Part shown: positions 46,901 through 58,900 of the stretch, one piece after another
How positions within the stretch are numbered: the first letter of the stretch is position 1
Layout of the letters: each line of letters opens with the position of its first letter
Source: Podarcis tiliguerta
Taxonomy: Eukaryota
Assembly (NCBI GenBank): GCA_965153285.1
Contig: OZ229111.1
DNA: 64,000 bases
Reading direction: 5' to 3' (one strand)
Program-made: the position numbers and the translations under genes
The notes under the pieces: model-generated
What the model saw: the letters and a program-made list of their open reading frames with translations, nothing else
What the model was told of the DNA's origin: nothing
Databases searched by the model: none

Positions 46901-49900
46901 CGAAACACTCTGCATGCTGGTGCTGTGATGTGGCGAGTGGGAAAAAGCAAAGATGAACAAAGAACTTGTTTGAGTAGATACACAGTGGATTGTGCTGTAA
47001 GTCCCATGAAGTGCAATGAGACTTACTCCTAGCCTTGCCCAACCATGTTCGCTCCAGGTGTTTGGCACTACACCTCTCATCAACCCCAGCCAAGCAATGA
47101 TGGAATTTGTGGTCTAAAACGTATGGCAGGGGATGAGGTTGGGGAAAGTTGCTACATAGGACTGCAGTGGTGGGTGCAATCCTATACTGGTGACTCTCCA
47201 CTTAGGCGGGGGTTACGTTCTGGGCCCCCGTGCGCATAAGCAAAATGTGTGTAAGTGGAGAGCCTCGTCACGGCAGGGAACTAGGGTGATCCTTTCTTCT
47301 TTTACAACAAAAACAGGCCAGAGCTCTTCGGAACCCTACGTAAGAGAAAGCAACCCATATTGTTCCTTTGCCTCCAGATTGCCAGAAAGAGCAGGGAAAA
47401 GTGTGTCCAAGCCCGCTGCAATGTAGCTTCCCGTCCAACGGCTGTTGAGAGGGCTAGTGCAGCAGCAGTGATAATCCCCGCGAGCCATTTTGGAGCCTAT
47501 AAATTCTTGTTTTAAAAAGTCTTTGATACATCGGGCTCTGGGGAGGGTCTCCTCACAAGCCATGAGGACTTTCCAGCTCTGACCTGCCATTTCCAGATTT
47601 GAATTTATTTAAATCGATTGACTGATTTCCCAGCGCCACACATATACAGGTGGGGGGGGGCGTTATGTCTGTACCCAGTTTCCAGGAATAAGCTCCCTTG
47701 AACTCAATAGGACTCTCTTTCAAGTAGATAGCATTAGACTGTGCTATTAGTCTTGTACTTATCCACCAGCCCAATAAGCCAACCACAAAATGAGCTGTGA
47801 CTTGCTATTTTAAACCCACCGCCATAGCTGTGCTTTTTCGTTCTGGTATAATAAATTGTTAAGAATTTAGTATTGTATTGATTCCTGAAATGGTTTGCAC
47901 TGAGACAGTGTGGTTTTTATTATGTATTCTTTGTTGTACTAACCTTTATAGTTACAGAGTTTTGTATTTACACTGGTTGGGAACTTACTTAGAGTGCAGT
48001 AATTGCGGACAAACTTGACTTGATCACATTAGCTCTAACCTTTCATTGAAAATTATTCCCCGTTTTACTTAAATTTCTCCCACGAGTACACTGGCAAAGC
48101 AGACTCCACCATTACTGCAAGGGCGGAATGCCTTGCAGTACAAAACCATTGTTAGGAACACAGGAAACTGCCTTGTACCAGGTCAACACCACTGGTCCAT
48201 CTAGCTCAACACCGTCTACACTGACTGGCAGCAGTTGTCCAGGTTTTCAGACAAGGTACTCTCCCAGCCCTATTTGGAGATGCTGGGGATTGAACCTGGG
48301 ATCTTCTGCTTGCAAGGCAAATTCTCTTCCACTGAAATACACCCCTTTCCCAGTATCATGTTAGCAATGAAAGAATGCACCTATCGATGCCTTTGTCCTT
48401 GGAACAGTTAGCTTTTAGGTGCAGTCTAACGATACAGCTAGGGTTGCGGGTGGCACTGTGGGTTAAACCACAGAGCCTAGGACTTGCCGATCAGAAGGTT
48501 GGCGGTTCGAATCCCTGCGACGGGGTGAGCTCCCGTTGCTCGGCCCCTGCTCCTGCCAACCTTCGAAAGCATGAAGTGCAAGTAGATAAATAGGTACCAC
48601 TCCGGCGGGAAGGTAAATGGTGTTTGCATGCGCTGCTCTGGTTCACCAGAAGCGGCTTAGTCATGCTGGCCACATGACCCGGAAGCTGTACGCCGGCTCC
48701 CTCGACCAGTAAAGCGAGATGAGCGCCGCAACCCCAGAGTCAGCCATGACTGGAACTAATGGTCTGGGGTCCCTTTACCTTTACCTAACAATACAGCTAC
48801 ATTGGGGTATGAAGTCTGTCGATACAGGTGTCTCCCCAATTATGCAGGGGTTACGTTCTTGGGTACCGGGCATAAACGTGAAATCGTGTATAGTCAAAAC
48901 ACCATTGGGTTCAGTGGCGGGTGGGACTGAAGAATTTCCCAGATGTCCGCCCCCGTTCCCAACCCCTTTTTATTTTATTTTTGCTAAGTGCGTAAAGCTG
49001 ATTGCACACAAGTTGAATGTGTGTAAGTGTGTGTGTGTGGGTGGGTGGGTGGAATCCCTGTACTACAAGTCACAACAGAACACTCCTGTTGCAAAAGCCA
49101 TGGATTCTAGATCAGGGAACCAGCCATGATCTGACTTAGTGTTATGTCAAACCAGAGCTGATGATTTGTTTTGCTCCAGACAAACCATGAGATGTAACAA
49201 AGGTTCGCTCTTGGCTTACTGCTTGTGGAGGAGCAAAAAAGCCACAATTTTCACTCTGCGTACTCAGGTGCTTGCTTGTTTACACTTAGCCATGGTTTGC
49301 CTTAGCACTGCTTGCAAACCGGGCCATAGTAAACCTTTACATTTCTGATAGGAAAATGTTACCAAACCCCTTAGGTTACTTCTGGAGAAAGAACTGCATC
49401 ATCTCTCTCGTACAAATAGAACAGCTTCTAGAGATAACAGATACAACTAGTTCCACCTACTTCATGACAAAGTGAGGTGCTCACACATTATATACCTTGT
49501 TAAGGGTATATAATCTCAAGGCAGCGTGTGATGTCCCTGTGTGGTGTCCCTTCTATTTGGACAATCTTTTCCTCTCTCTCATTCATTCACAGGGATGCTT
49601 ACAGAGCTCTGATCTGTGGAGAGCTAAAAAATTCTACTGGGCTATGGGGTAGAGCAGAGAAAGACCTATTGGGCCATATTGTTTTGTTGAGGTAGTGAGG
49701 GAGGAGGACAAAGAGAGAGTTGTCACAATGCATTCAAAGCTCCTTCCATTGCCTTATTCCTTTCCAGAAGACCTTGACCATATTTACAGCGAAAGCACCA
49801 GACGGGAGACAAATCCGTGGACCTTCAAAACTGACTTTGTTTCTTATGCTGGTCTACTTTGGATATGTCTCACCTTGAAAAGAATAGAAATCTATTAATT

Positions 49901-52900
49901 TCCATTCCCAATCACCCTGCATCTTTTGCCAACAATCCATCAAAAGCCACCACTGCTCCCTTGTCTTAGGTAATAGGAAGAGCCCATATGAAAACAGAGC
50001 CTATCTCAAATAATCCCTCTCCGCTGTTTAAACATTGACACAATGCTAGGCAGCTCATACCTTTGACATTTCCTGTTTTGATCCCAGTTCCTCACAGGGG
50101 TTGCTTAAGGCACCATCGCCTCCCATCTACAAAGCTACTCTCCTTTCACAGGCCTCTGCTGGCAACAGACAGACAAAGAAATCAGATCAAATCTTTACTT
50201 AGGGTTATAAGCCAGTTTTGACACAGGCAAAGGCATAGAGTATCAGTTAAGCACAACAGAAGCATCAGTAAATGCATAAAACCATAATAAAAAGGAAGGT
50301 GTACATAGAAATTCTGTCTTTGTGCTTTACGTCAAGGTTGTGCTCCTTAAGATGGATTGTCCTTCCACTATTGTTAACAAAATGGAAATGGTGAAAGAAG
50401 ATCATTTTTGCTGCACAGTTTGCTCCAATTGTCCTATTTGATACGTGTAAGGAATGTTCTTTTATAGAACTGGTGGTTGATCTTAAATTTTACCACCTTC
50501 CTGGGGGTGGGGAAATGGTACAATCCCTTAGCTTCACTTCCTTCCTGGATTTTTATTTTGTCTTACAGGTGACTTTGATGATGCAGATGTGCCCCTCTCT
50601 GTTTCTGACATAGCCCTATAATCTCACTGAAATAGGCCCATTTGGTACATTTGACAGCCTGTTACTGTATTCTATTATCCAACTCGGTCCTTAATTCTAC
50701 AGTAGGTGCAAGGCAAGCTATTGACAAAGACATACAAAGGAGTCAATGAGTCTGTCTGGTGTAAAAACACACACGAGCACACACAATCGTTGCGACCTTA
50801 ATCAATTGGTTATTTTAACCTCACTCACCTTGGGTCACATAGCAAGGATGGAGCTAAAATGACTTAAAATGCAGCCTATGGACAGATTGGGCAATTAGGA
50901 TTGGTTTGCAAGTTTGGCATGCCAAATGTACCCCTGGGCTCTCTGTTTTCGATATATTAGTCCTACACAGCTACCTTTCTGGAACTGTGGATTGCTTTAT
51001 TTCAATCAATATTCTGACTGAATAGGTGACAACGCTGGAGATAATCCGATTCTATAAAAAGAACACAAAGGAACACAGACTGCATGAAGTAAATCCCATG
51101 TCACCATCATACAGCAGAAGCCAATTTCGAAAGCCTGGTATTCCCTGCTCCCTACGCTTGCTTCTCCATCCATTACATACCTATGGCTCACAACTGCTCT
51201 GCCAGTAATTTCATCTCCTGCTTAATTCTACAGAGATCTCAGCCGGCACCAGCCTCCTAGGTGAATTGCCACAACAGCATGATGAAACATCCCAGACTCA
51301 GTTACTGCTTGCAGTCCCACAGACACTTGCACACTCCCTGCCCAGTAACACAACTGGACAAGAAAGCAATTTAATCACCAGCTCCCTAGAAAGGAGTCGA
51401 AACAGAAAGGGCAAGAAATATGCAAGCGTTGCATCAAGCCAAACCCCGCAGAAGCTGCCTCTTGAGGATTCCACCTTTTTCCTGGGCACATGCATCCCTC
51501 CCGTCCCAAAGCTGTTTCTTAATTCCTGCTGTTAACAGAGAAATCTGAGGGCTCCCTTGGACAAAAAAACAAGGACACCAGCCAGGAATACCAGAGCAAA
51601 ACAGCAGCCAGTAGGCTTGGTCTTTACTGAAGACTGTCACCTCAGGACTCCCAATTCCTGCAACACTGCCACTAGAAAGAACGGGGGTGGGGGTGGGGGG
51701 GGAGCTATATTACTTACTACTAGGGCTGTTGCCTGACCAATCAATAATATTACTGTCAATAAATTGATTAGCCAGTCCACTAACTCTGCAGATGAACAAC
51801 ACACTAAGCATGAAACACAAAGCACGCTTTCTTTCTTTTAAAGAAATGCAGTGCATGTTCTGGCAGGCATCTATTTTCCTTTTAGAAGAAAAATGCTTCT
51901 AAAAAGCCACCTCCAATTTTACGAACTGTACTTTTATCTTTTTTAATAAAGACAATCAGATGTTCAATTAACAGGGGTCACATTTTTGAGTGGCCAGCAT
52001 TTTAACTTGATTACACATTGCAGCCCCGCTTGTTAAAAGACAGGTGGAAGTTTATTTTGAACCCAGGTTTACCGGCTCTGCAGCTGCAATGTGTGCTATT
52101 TGGTGTTGTGCATTTCTGTACTCCACATGCTATTAAGGGGAGTCCTTGTTCAAATAACAAACCAGAGGGCCAGGCAGCGTCTGGAGGAGAACCAGAAAAC
52201 CAAAGGGTGTGCTCATAGCACTGCACACACACACAAAAACCACCCCAAGAATCCAAGATTGCCAAATGACAGGCTCCACCTCTGTGCATACAATGAGCAT
52301 ACAGGATAAACCTTTAAACATGCACATATCCCAATGGTTAGCTACCAAACTGAGCAGCAGGCCAGTGCTGAGAAGGGAGCTGATGAGCTATCCCCTCTCA
52401 CTGTGTATGAATGCCAGAAATTTCATATATGATGCATAAAGGGGTATAATGCGGCCACTCCAAAAATAACTTGCTGACAAAACAAGGATCAACCTACATA
52501 TGATGGAACAAGCAACTGCTGCTTGTAATGTTTTCCTTTAGATTGCAGTTTGATTCATCATCTGAGATATTGTGCATCATGGTTTTGATGCCTACTTCCT
52601 TGGGAGGGTTTTGTCCTGGAAGGTGGCATAGATAGCTAGATAGCTAGATATAGATATAGAAGGTATAGATATAAGTAGAGAGATATATAGCTTCTGGCCA
52701 CCCCAATCTCCACTGCAGAGTTTGAGATTCCAGGGGTCTTGGCACTTTACCAGTGTCTGTGTTTCCTTTGGGGAAAAGAGGAATAGTGGAGACTTTAGTA
52801 TCTTTGTGAAATACAGTTTATTTACACGTATTTACATCTGAGTCTGGACGGAGAGAGGGTTCCGAGCATCACATCTCACGAGGGGCTCGCTCATCACGTC

Positions 52901-55900
52901 AGTGCAGCCCTGGTACAAAGGTAGCCCAAATGTCATCTGTATCTCCACACAGCTTCTCCATGTGTCAGCCTGCATGGCCACTGGCTCCATCCTTCTTTCT
53001 GCCCAAAATCTTTCCTAAAATGCAACCCAAGCCTCATGCAAAAAGGACATTTTTTCCCCTGTGGTGACATCATGCCCCCTGTAACCCTGGCAACCTCCCC
53101 TTCCCAACTCTGCTATTGTCTTTTGCTAACTAACAAGTAGCTGGGGGAGGGACTCCACCCCCCCCCCCTTCTTGTGTGACACTGAATGTCCCAATGGCTC
53201 GCCTTTCGTCAGGGTAATGTCAGTGCCATCATCTGTTTAGTTCTTTCATGGCACCTCTCTCAGCCAATCTCCCGAGAAAGTTGGCTTGACTTATTGTCAA
53301 GGCCCTGCTAAATCCATTGAGCCAACGCCACATTCAGTAATTTCAGAGAGTAATTGGGAGAATCTGGCACCCAGAATTTTAGAGGATCCTTGCCCCCTGC
53401 AAACCCAGAACAATATAAAATGAACAAGGACAGGATACAACTGGAAAACGTAAACTGCATCCTGCCATGAAGGTCACAAAGGAGAAAGATAGGAGCAGCC
53501 CAGGGGCCTCTCAGCTGGAGCCTTACATCCTTGCAGAGGCAAAGACCAGTGGCGTAGCGTGGGTTGTCAGCACCCGGGGCAAGGCAAGTAATTTGCGCCC
53601 CCTAACCCGTGGATTTGCACCCCCTAACCCTAACCCCCAGATGTTGCGCCCGGTGTGGCCGGCCCCCCCCCCCGCACCCCCCACACTACGCCACTGGCAA
53701 AGACCCTTTCCTTCCTCTTGGAATCTCCTAATAAGGCCCTAGAATCAAGACGGACAGGGCTTAAGGACAACATCCTGGCTCGTATGTTCAGCTGCATGAA
53801 AGAAGCAATATGTAAACTGGGCAATCCACACCAACACAAATATGTGGAGGCCTGGATTAAGTATCTTCCTCACTTAATAGCAGTAACAGCAAAGGACTGG
53901 AAGAGGGAGACTCATGCATATGGACTGTGTGGCATATCCAGCTCATATATGAAACCCCCCCCCCCCATGTGACTGCAATAACGTAGTCTCTTTCCAAACC
54001 AGGGCAAAGGAAGATGATATTCTGTACAAAAAATAAATGGGGGTGGGCACCAGGGGACTGCTGATTTGTGTTGATGACATCCCTGTAGCTATTTATGGGG
54101 AAAGGATGTCTCTCAGCATCCAACCCTGCTGTTCTGCTCACGCAACAGACTCCCAATTGTGCAACAGGACTTTCCCTTCCTCTCCTTCCTCCCTGCCCCA
54201 TAGCCCCGCCCCTGCACCCTCAAAATCTACTTTGGAGGGTTGGGAGTCCCTCTGCCGCCTGAAATTTTGGGAGCATGAAGAGGGAGGAGAGGGAGGGGAA
54301 ATCCCATGGCGTGAACAAAACTTGCAAAGCACCAACCACACCCTGTGTGCATATTGACAGATCCACTTGGAAGCAATAGCTTGGACTATCAAACAACCAA
54401 ATGTTGAAGTTAATTCAGTGCAAGAGGATCTAGGTTTGAAATTACATGAACGTCCAGCTGTTTTCATCCACGCACCATTCCTTCTGGAGATTACCTCTGA
54501 GCAGCCTCTCAGTGCAGTCCAGCAATATTTAACTCACTGTTAGGCTTAGATACCTTTCCAGGCCTGAAGTTTGAAGTCCGTGTTTTAATAAAGACCTGAA
54601 ATCATCATCATCATCATCTTGTCCAATTTTACTGGACTTGCCATGGGCTCAAGAACATTTACTGAAGCAGGGATTTGTATACGAGCTTGAAAGAGAACGA
54701 TCAAGTCACTTATATTTAATTTTTAAAAACATTTAACCACATTAATAACAATAAAAAGTAAAGTGAATAAAAGGTGAAGTAAACCAGAAGTGATTTTGAC
54801 ATTTCAGCCCTGAGAGATGCGTCATTGTGCAATGTTAGAAAGGAATGGGACAATTGAAAAAGTGTTAAAGATGTTATCTTTTTACTTCAGTCCTTTCTTG
54901 CCAGTATGTAGATGCAGACATCTGTGCAGCCTGAAAACTGTATTGTGTTTCAGCTGAGACCCTCGAAGCGTGATGAAAAACCTGGGAGAGCCTTGCATAT
55001 GGTGTCTAATAAATGCAAAACCTAGTTCAACTCAAGTTTGGCTGATTTCTCTGGCAAGCTTGTTGGGGCTTTAAAAAAGAAGATAATGTACAATTTATTT
55101 TAACTGTATTTTTTATTTTAAGGAAGGAGCATTTCAGAAAAGTGAATTCGAATCGTTTTATGTCAATAAACAACCCTCCCAACCACCTACCCACTCCCAC
55201 CATCCCACAGCTTGAAAGACCTCAGCTACTCTGTGTAATCCTCCAAACGTGTTTACTAAGAATAACATCCACAGATTGCAGTATAGAATCATAGAACTGT
55301 AGAGTTGGAAGGGACCCTGAGGATTATCAAGTCCAAACCAGCAATGTGCAGTTGTCCCATATTGGGATCGAACCTGCAATCTTGGCATTATCAGCACCAC
55401 ACTTTAACCAACTCGGCTATCCAGTAGGCATGTCTTGAACAGCAACATCTTCTGGAAACAAAGAGAAATCCTTGACTGCCTTTATTCTATAAACCACAGC
55501 CCACAGAACAGGAATGCTGCCTGTTGACAAGTAAGCATCAAAAAGCACACGGGATCTTGGAACCATGCAAAGTTAACAGCTTTGAAAACCAGCCTTCTGC
55601 AATTTTAAATATTTTCTCATGTGCCAATTTGCAATATAACTGAAAGGCCACACGAGGGCACCCTCCCCACACAATGAGCGGGCAAAACAGTGTGCACTGC
55701 ACTAAATTGGAGAGCTGTGGCTTCAGTCACATTTTATTGATAAAGTGTAAATCTTCACCCTAGAAAATCAGCCTTGCAGTTTGTCACAGAATGGTAAGTT
55801 GTATAAGATCTAGATTTTGAAGCGCAGGAACAGGAAGACATGGCAAGCCACTCCTGCACAACAGCACTAGAGGAAAGCAGAGAGAAAAATCAGCCTGGCA

Positions 55901-58900
55901 ATTTATAATCTTGGCAACCTAAATTACATGGATAGTAGCACAGCCAGCCTAAGCTCCAAGACTATATCCAGGGTACTGAAGCACACAACTGAGCTCCTCT
56001 TTCATCCATCTTTCAGACAGGTAAAAGTTGTCTTGGATATACAGGTGACGACCATTTAGTGCCAGGGTTCTGTTCCCAGCCCCTGTGTGCATCAGCAAAG
56101 CCCATATAAATGTGCCCTGCCCCCATTCTGCCCTGCCAGCCATTCAGTCCCCATTCTGTCTTCTTCCAGGTCCAAATGGACCAATGCGTTGGCAACTGCA
56201 TGTCAATTGGACATGGCTAAAACGGTCGCTGCCTGTAGATAACATCAAACAGAGGTGCCCCCAAACTGAAAGAAGCAACTTGCTGTAAGGCGATGTTGTC
56301 AGCCAGCTAAAAGCTATTCCTTACATGACATGAATACTAACAAAAAAGACAGATACATACATTCAGATCCATATTTAAGTAACATCCTGGTCATCAAAGC
56401 AACTTATACGACGGCTTGCAACTACACCTCCATTGCAGCGGGTATCTCAAAACAAGCAGGGTCTACCATCTCAATGACCAAATGGGATCTCAAATGTAGC
56501 GACTACTGTCAACGCATGTCACCACAGTTGGGACAGCTAGTGGAATCCAGGGCCTTCACCTCTGAGGCGCAAAAGAATAGACTGTAATCCTATACACACT
56601 TATGCAGCAGCAAGTCCCACTGAACTCAGTAGGACTTCTGAGTAGACATACATAAAATCACACTGCCGAGAGTAGTAGAGTGAACGCCCCTCAGCAGGGG
56701 CAAAAACCGGACAAATAGTTGTTCTACAACTGGATAATCTTGCTCCTTGATTACTCCGTAAAAGGAGAAAAGGAACATAAACTCACCTGTTTTCATTAAC
56801 CAGGAACATGGAGCCAACATTCTCCACCAGGGCTTCACTGATGGGTGAGAGGCAGAATGGAGAAGAGAAGGCATCAGAGTCCGAGTCAAATGTGCTGTCT
56901 CTGCTGACATCATCGGCAGACAACTCCAAAGAGCCCTCGTCGTCCTCTCCAGTCTCCAGGTGGCTCTCCAGCCCTTCTTCCACTGACTCCTCCAACCGGT
57001 TGTGCTCCTCCAGAGAACTGATTGTCGATAAGATACCTGAGTCACTGTGGGCAGGCTGAGCCGAGCTGTGGATGCTGTCCGTTGCCAAGCAACCCTGGGA
57101 CAGCTTCTCCCCTTCCTCCGAAGGGCAGCTGACGTGAGCCACATCCCTAACCAGCTGCGACACGGTCAGAACGTCTTCTTCATCCTTTGGGGTCACAGCT
57201 CGCTTCTGCTCGGAGGGGGAAGCCTGCATAGTGGCGCCAAAACCCTGAGTATGGCGGTTACGCTTGCGGGGGGCCTTGCGGACCGGGGAGCTCTCTGGTG
57301 TAATGTAGCGGAGGGCCTCCTCGTCCTGCCTCTGAATTCGGGAATTTGGGACCCAGGCCAAGATAAGCGTAGTTCCAAGCAGCTCATCTTTCTCCATGTA
57401 CAGGCACAAATAGCCTATGAAAGAACACAGTGCCCCAGAGTTACAACCAAGCCCCAACTTCATGAATGGCAGGTATCCTGAAAGGGTGCTGAGCACTCCA
57501 GTTTCCTGCTACCACTGGGGCTCCTCCCCTCACTCACTTGCCTCTTGAGCAGCTCTTTCCTAAGCCCAACTTCTTCCTCCTCCCCTAACCAGACCCAATT
57601 GCTTCATCCACTGGAGCAATGTTTGGTTGAAACTGCTTTTTACTCTCCAGCTAGTATCTACAACAGCTCGGTTTGGGATCCAACAGGGCATTAGAGGCAA
57701 AAACATAGCCAACTCAATCAGCACATCCAAGTCATTTTTACATCTGCTAGAGGGAACACCAGAGCACACCTCTGGCCAACTGCAACCCAAAGAATAAGGA
57801 TGCCAGTCCTAGAAAATCAAAATGGGAAACGCCACCATTCGGTTATGGATTATCTGCCTTGATTACAAACGGTCCAAGGTTCAATCCCTGATGGGAAAAG
57901 CTCCTGCCTGAAACCCTGGAGAGTTGCTGCCATGCAGAGTAGACAATATTGAGCTGGATAGACTACTGACTCTGACTTGGTATTAAGGCAACTTCCTAAG
58001 ATCATCATTTACTCCTCCAGAGCTCATGTCAGGCTGGAATCTAGTTGAATTTCAGGATGTTACTAAAGCAGGGGTGGGGCAAAAGTTGTTTAATCATACT
58101 ACCCCCCTCAAAAAAAAAAACCCTATTAGTGTGGGGTAGGGAGTAGAAGTAGAGGAGTTTGGATTTGATATCCCACTTTATCACTACCCTAAGGAGTCTC
58201 AAAGCAGCTAACAATCTCCTTCCCCTTCCTCCCCCACAAGAAACACTCTGTGAGGTGAGTGGGGCTGAGAGACTTCAGAGAAGTGTGACTGGCCCAAGGT
58301 CACCCAGCAGCTGCATGTGGAGGAGCGGAAACGCGAACCCGGTTCCCCAGATTACAAGACTACCGCTCTCAACCACTACACCACACTGGCTCTCACTGGT
58401 AGAAAAGGATTGGCTCCTATATTACGCTATTTTCTTCTTGCCCCAGCATGGTTACCAGCAGCTTTTTGGAGGAATGAGAAGAGATGCAATTTTAACTGGG
58501 GAAAAGACTCTGGTGGAAAAGGGGGAGCTCCCCTTGTTTTTTAAGCTTTTAACAAATATTGGGAATTCCAATCTTGCATCCTGTGCAGTTTAGCCCTAGG
58601 AGGAGGGTCTTTTTTTTAAAAAAAATCTATTAATTTGCCACCACAGACACTCTGATGTTTTATGTAAGAAATAATAAAACATTAGGCAGATGAGAAGGGA
58701 AGAACAAGGAATACCAAGTGGACCCTCCATAGAAACTTTGAAACCGGATTGAGAATAAGAGGTAAGAAGTCAAGGGAGAGGTTTTATGGAACAATTAATG
58801 CTTAGTGAGAGACTCTTCAGTGCACAAAGTGTATCCCATAGAACTTTCCTTAACATTAAGTCCAGCATCAAAGTTCAAGGTGCCTTTGGGCACTCAGCAG

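Noticed and set aside
57415-57496. N-terminal extension MLSTLSGYLPFMKLGLG... of the 237-aa ORF
   Set aside because: Lies upstream of a good acceptor (TTCTTTCATAG) whose phase matches exon 2; intronic read-through.
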